The notes under the pieces were generated by a model that ran no database searches, was not told where the DNA came from, and worked only from the letters and a program-made list of their open reading frames with translations. From a bacterium (GTDB lineage: Bacteria > Bdellovibrionota_C > UBA2361 > RFPC01), in NCBI GenBank assembly GCA_030431715.1, contig JAUIIO010000005.1:17542-81541 (forward strand): DNA of 64,000 nt, read 5' to 3'. Below are positions 60,098 to 64,000 of this stretch, piece by piece. Position numbers and translations under genes: made by a program. Within the stretch, counting starts at the first letter, position 1. Every line of letters begins with the position of its first letter.

Positions 60098-62731
60098 ATG
60101 ACTATCCCAAAGAAATACAAAGCTGGTGAGATTGAAACTAGGTGGCAGGACCACTGGAGTGAGCGTGGTGTTTACGACTGGAAACCCGATGTCCCTCGTG
60201 AGAATACCTTTACCGTTGATACGCCACCTCCAACGGTTTCAGGTTCGCTTCATGTCGGCCACGTATTTAGTTACACCCAAACAGATCTTATCGTTCGCTA
60301 CCAGAGAATGCAGGGCAAAAATATTTTTTACCCCATGGGGTGGGATGATAACGGTTTGCCAACTGAACGTCGGGTACAAAACGTTTATGGCATTTCGTGT
60401 AATCCGAGATTGCCCTACGAGAAAGATTGGAAGCCAGAACCGCAGAGTGGTAAGAAGTCGAAGAAGTCGGATGCAGTTGAGGTTTCCAGAAAGAACTTTA
60501 TCGAAGCGTGTGAAATTCTTACCGGTGACGATGAGAAAGCTTTTGAAGCTCTCTGGCGTAGGCTTGGTCTTTCTGTTGATTGGTCGCTTCAGTACGCAAC
60601 GATAGACGATCACTGTCGTAAACTTTCGCAGTATTCCTTCCTAGATCTCGTAGAGAAAGGTTTTGCCTACTCTCACGAAGCCCCAACAATGTGGGACATT
60701 GATTTCCGTACAGCAGTAGCGCAAGCCGAGCTTGAAGACCGTGAAATGCCGGGCGCATACCACGATATCAAATTCGCAGTAGAGGGTGGGGGAGACTTCA
60801 CCATCTCAACCACAAGACCAGAGCTCCTTGCTGCTTGTATCGCTGTGGTTGCTCATCCTGATGATAAACGTTTTAAGGACCTCTTCGGAAAGCATGCGAT
60901 CACGCCTCTCTTCCATGCAAAGGTCCCAATTCTCCCTGCCGAACATGCTGATCCTGAGAAGGGAACAGGTATCTTGATGGTCTGTACCTTCGGTGATGTC
61001 ATGGATGTTGAGTGGTGGAAAAGCTCAAAGCTTCCGGCTAAGCAGATAATTGGGCGTGATGGACGACTCATTGAGCTTGACTACGGTACTGCCCCCTTCA
61101 CCTCAGAGAATCCAGAGCTTGCAAATAGCAATTACGGAGAGCTTTCAGGGCTGACCATAAAGCAAGCTCAGAAAAAGATAGTTGAGCTTTTAGCTGCTGA
61201 TGGTTCTGCTGTAGATGGCAATGGAACTGCTTTGCTCGGTGAGCCAAAGCAGATAATGCACCCTGTAAAATTCTTTGAAAAAGGAGATCGCCCGGTTGAA
61301 TTCCTTACTACCAGACAGTGGTTTGTTAAGGTCTGTGATTACAAAGAAGAGCTCCTTGCGCAAGGGAGAAAGATATCTTGGCATCCAGAATACATGCGTG
61401 CTCGGTATGAGCATTGGGTTGAAGGGCTAAACACCGATTGGTGCATCAGCCGGCAGCGTTTTTTTGGTGTTTCATTTCCCGTCTGGTATCCACTTGGTGA
61501 GAACGGTGAGCCTAACTATGATTCACCGATTTATGCTAAAGCTGAGAGTCTACCTGTAGATCCGATGTCCGATGTGCCGGAAGGGTATACGGAGGATCAG
61601 CGAGGACAAGCCGGTGGATTTATCGGTGATCCTGACGTTATGGATACATGGGCTACCTCTGCGCTTACGCCACAGATAGCTTCAGGATGGTATACTAATT
61701 CAGAGCGTCATGCCGGGCTTTATCCGATGGATCTCAGGCCTCAGGCTCACGATATTATTCGAACATGGGCGTTTGTAACGATACTTAAGAGTTGGATGCA
61801 CGAGGGTACTATCCCGTGGTCACACATCGCACTAAGCGGCTGGATCCTCGATCCAGATCGCAAGAAAATGAGCAAATCAAAGGGCAACGTTGTTACCCCC
61901 GATCATCTCCTGACCGAGTATTCATCAGATGGTGTGAGATATTGGGCTGCCAGAGCGCGGCTTGGTACTGACACTGCGTTTGACGATAAGGTCTTTAAGA
62001 TCGGGCAGAAGCTCGTACTCAAGATCTTTAACATGGGGAAATTTGTGGTATCTCTGCTCAGCCAATTAGAAGGCGAACCTGTGTCTAAGGCTGATATAAG
62101 TGAGCCACTTGATTTAGCGCAGATTGAAGAGCTTCGCGCAACTATTGCAAAAGCTACAAAATCATTTGAGGCGTTTGATTATGCCACAGCCCTTCAAGCA
62201 GCCGAGGATAGCTTCTGGAAGACCTGTGATTTCTATCTGGAGCTTGTAAAGACGAGAGCCTACAAGGGAGAAGATCTCGCTGCTCGTCGTTCCGCTCTGG
62301 CAACTCTAAAAGAGAGCTTACTTGTTTACCTAAGACTCTTTGCTCCAGCGCTTCCTTTCATAACCGAAGAGGTCTGGTCATGGCACCCTCACTCTACATG
62401 CGAGAGTATCCACCATGCTCCGTGGCCAAAGCTTGAAGAGCTTCAAATTGTGGCCACGCCTGAACAAGATAATATTCTTCTAGCAGCAAGTGAGGTATTA
62501 TCTGAGGTAAGAAAGCAAAAGAGTGTTGCTCAAACAAGCCTGACAACAGAAGTGACTCAGCTAAAGGTGAAGGGCGTTTCCTCAAAACTCTCTGCCCTGA
62601 AGTCTGCACTCTCAGATCTCATACATGCAGGTCATATCACAGAGTCAGGGATGGAATTTGAAGAGGATGGTGACCTTCAAGAAAGTGATCCCTGCGAGGT
62701 ACAGGTAACACTTGCAGAGAGCAGTTCATAG
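60098..62731 (+). CDS. valS: Valine--tRNA ligase (short form without the C-terminal coiled-coil)
   Basis: TPPPTVSGSLHVGHV...RYQRMQGKN, TRPELL...HPDDKRFKDLFGK, EHADPEKGTG and KMSKSKGNV blocks match ValRS; 877 aa. Confidence 0.85.
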   Translation: MTIPKKYKAGEIETRWQDHWSERGVYDWKPDVPRENTFTVDTPPPTVSGSLHVGHVFSYTQTDLIVRYQRMQGKNIFYPMGWDDNGLPTERRVQNVYGISCNPRLPYEKDWKPEPQSGKKSKKSDAVEVSRKNFIEACEILTGDDEKAFEALWRRLGLSVDWSLQYATIDDHCRKLSQYSFLDLVEKGFAYSHEAPTMWDIDFRTAVAQAELEDREMPGAYHDIKFAVEGGGDFTISTTRPELLAACIAVVAHPDDKRFKDLFGKHAITPLFHAKVPILPAEHADPEKGTGILMVCTFGDVMDVEWWKSSKLPAKQIIGRDGRLIELDYGTAPFTSENPELANSNYGELSGLTIKQAQKKIVELLAADGSAVDGNGTALLGEPKQIMHPVKFFEKGDRPVEFLTTRQWFVKVCDYKEELLAQGRKISWHPEYMRARYEHWVEGLNTDWCISRQRFFGVSFPVWYPLGENGEPNYDSPIYAKAESLPVDPMSDVPEGYTEDQRGQAGGFIGDPDVMDTWATSALTPQIASGWYTNSERHAGLYPMDLRPQAHDIIRTWAFVTILKSWMHEGTIPWSHIALSGWILDPDRKKMSKSKGNVVTPDHLLTEYSSDGVRYWAARARLGTDTAFDDKVFKIGQKLVLKIFNMGKFVVSLLSQLEGEPVSKADISEPLDLAQIEELRATIAKATKSFEAFDYATALQAAEDSFWKTCDFYLELVKTRAYKGEDLAARRSALATLKESLLVYLRLFAPALPFITEEVWSWHPHSTCESIHHAPWPKLEELQIVATPEQDNILLAASEVLSEVRKQKSVAQTSLTTEVTQLKVKGVSSKLSALKSALSDLIHAGHITESGMEFEEDGDLQESDPCEVQVTLAESSS

Positions 62732-62760
62732 TATAGTAGTATACTGCCCACCAAATATCG

Positions 62761-62830
62761 GTATGAATCCTTGTCCTGCTCCTAGTCCTATTCTTGCCCC
62801 ATTGGAGCAAGACAAGGACTAGGAGCAGGA
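62761..62830. repeat. Hairpin copy of the TCCT-hexamer unit downstream of valS
   Basis: ccttgtcctgctcctagtcctattcttgcccc - attg - gagcaagacaaggactaggagcaggacaagg is a near-perfect inverted repeat. Confidence 0.8.
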
Positions 62831-62879
62831 CAAGGCATCTGGGAAGTATGACGGCAATCTCCATGCGTTAGGAAAATAC

Positions 62880-63182
62880 GTGTCTATGAACGAGCGTGAA
62901 GATACTGAGAAGTTTGTCAAAAAGATAATCCTAATTGGTTGGATAGCTATCGCGCTGTCATCGCTCTTTCTCTTCATTAGTGGATATTCTATTGGCGGAG
63001 TACCAGCAGGGAGCAAGACACTACGTGCGCTACTTCTAATGCTTGCTCGCACCGCTGGAATGGCAGCTTTTGGAATCGGTGCTTTTGCGATTGTAAATCA
63101 TCGCTGGACAGTAGGAGTCCTGTTGATAATTCTATCTACCGGCTTGCCAATAGTCTCCCTCTATCTGCACGGAACATTTTAG
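62880..63182 (+). CDS. Small two-TM membrane protein (100 aa)
   Basis: Two hydrophobic helices; the repeat block starts at its stop codon. Confidence 0.4.
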   Translation: MSMNEREDTEKFVKKIILIGWIAIALSSLFLFISGYSIGGVPAGSKTLRALLLMLARTAGMAAFGIGAFAIVNHRWTVGVLLIILSTGLPIVSLYLHGTF

Positions 63183-63480
63183 TGCTGAGACATGAATGTC
63201 GAACTACGGCTTGCTACACTGTAGTTTTTACGTAGTAGGGCGGCAATCTCCCAGCCCAAACTGTTAAATATTAACCGCAAACAACGCAAAGCTCTCTAGG
63301 CCCAACTCCTTAGCGTCCTTTGCGGTTAATCCCAATCCATCTCCACCCCTGCAAAACTATCAAAATAACAAAACCTAGTCCTGCTCCTTGTCCTATTCCT
63401 GACCCAAAGTAAATTGACTTGGGGTAAGACAAGGACAAGGAGCAGGACCAGGTTTTATATCACCGTTATCCCCCGTTATT
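63183..63480. repeat. Copy B1 of the ~300-bp composite repeat (5'-truncated), ending in a TCCT-hexamer hairpin
   Basis: gctgagacatgaatgtcgaac..., then a ttaaccgcaaa...tttgcggttaa hairpin, then the ctagtcctgctccttgtcctattcctgaccc...ggacaaggagcaggacc hairpin. Confidence 0.75.
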
Positions 63481-63760
63481 GCGAGGAGCTGAGACATGAA
63501 TGTCGAACGACAGCTTACCACGCCGTAGTTTGGTGGCGATCTCCCAGCCCAACCTCCAACAGCATTAACCGCAAAAGCCGCAAAAACCCTACGCGCAAAT
63601 ATTTTGCGTTTTTGGCGGTTTCTGGGGTTAATCCTAATCCATCTTCGCCCCTGCAAAACTATCAAGATAACAAAACCTAGTCCTGCTCCTTGTCCTATTC
63701 CTGACCCAAAGTAAATTCACTAGGGGCAAGATAAGGACAAAGAGCAGGGGCATTAACAAT
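63481..63760. repeat. Copy B2 of the ~300-bp composite repeat, in tandem with B1
   Basis: Same order of blocks as B1 with roughly 80-85% identity; begins ccccgttattgcgaggagctgagacatgaatgtcgaacgac. Confidence 0.75.
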
Positions 63761-64000
63761 TAAGAAACTACTTCCAGCTTGCGCATCCGTTTCGCATAAC
63801 TCCCGGATGTTTTACGTATTACCATATATCCAATTCCAATTTGGAATGCCGCAAATACAGTAGCTGCGATCGCCAGCATCGTAACAAATGTCCCGAACTC
63901 ATCACTTTTAAGATCTCCTGATACTTCAGGGCTTAGCAGCGTAAAGGCAAAGGCAAATACGAAAATAACACCCAGTAGTGTGAGACAATAGAGAAACGCA
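63760..64000 (-). CDS. Small membrane protein, 5'-truncated by the window end (not in the provided ORF track)
   Basis: The minus-strand frame is open from 64000 to a TAA at 63760-63762. It translates to ...LLGVIFVFAFAFTLLSPEVSGDLKSDEFGTFVTMLAIAATVFAAFQIGIGYMVIRK..., two TM helices resembling the protein at 62880. Confidence 0.35.
   Translation of the reverse strand, partial: AFLYCLTLLGVIFVFAFAFTLLSPEVSGDLKSDEFGTFVTMLAIAATVFAAFQIGIGYMVIRKTSGSYAKRMRKLEVVS

Noticed and set aside
63183-63760. Possible CRISPR array
   Set aside because: Only two units, each ~290 bp and internally structured; no short constant repeats alternating with unique spacers; no cas genes.

Overview
This 64-kb window is chromosomal sequence from a Gram-negative, probably proteobacteria-like, bacterium. 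That placement rests on the conserved queA-tgt-(insert)-yajC-secD-secF arrangement together with lptD, accD, pgk, asd, truA, valS and an rfb/gmd glycan locus. I call about 66 protein-coding genes and one tRNA-Arg(CCT). Housekeeping blocks alternate with stretches of hypothetical, secreted or lipoprotein genes, and the clearest such accessory stretch is about 13.1-24.7 kb, just downstream of the tRNA.

The most unusual content is non-coding:
- Many 3' intergenic regions carry hairpin elements built from degenerate hexamer-periodic TCCTNN units, including a perfect (CCTCAT)11 microsatellite between queA and tgt.
- A ~300-bp composite repeat occurs three times: once abutting tRNA-Arg, where the tRNA 3' end is duplicated, and twice in tandem at the window end.
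- A 124-bp imperfect palindrome lies upstream of yajC.

The best candidate for an undescribed system is a solitary 733-aa HerA/FtsK-like P-loop ATPase with a ~330-aa N-terminal region I could not assign. It sits behind a ~500-bp AT-rich leader, next to an HU/IHF gene and two small hypothetical genes. A lipoprotein metzincin, a FlgM-like plus HExxH membrane-protein pair, and a DsbD-alpha/thioredoxin-like insertion into the queA-secF operon are secondary leads. All calls come from reading the translations and motifs by eye; no database searches were run.
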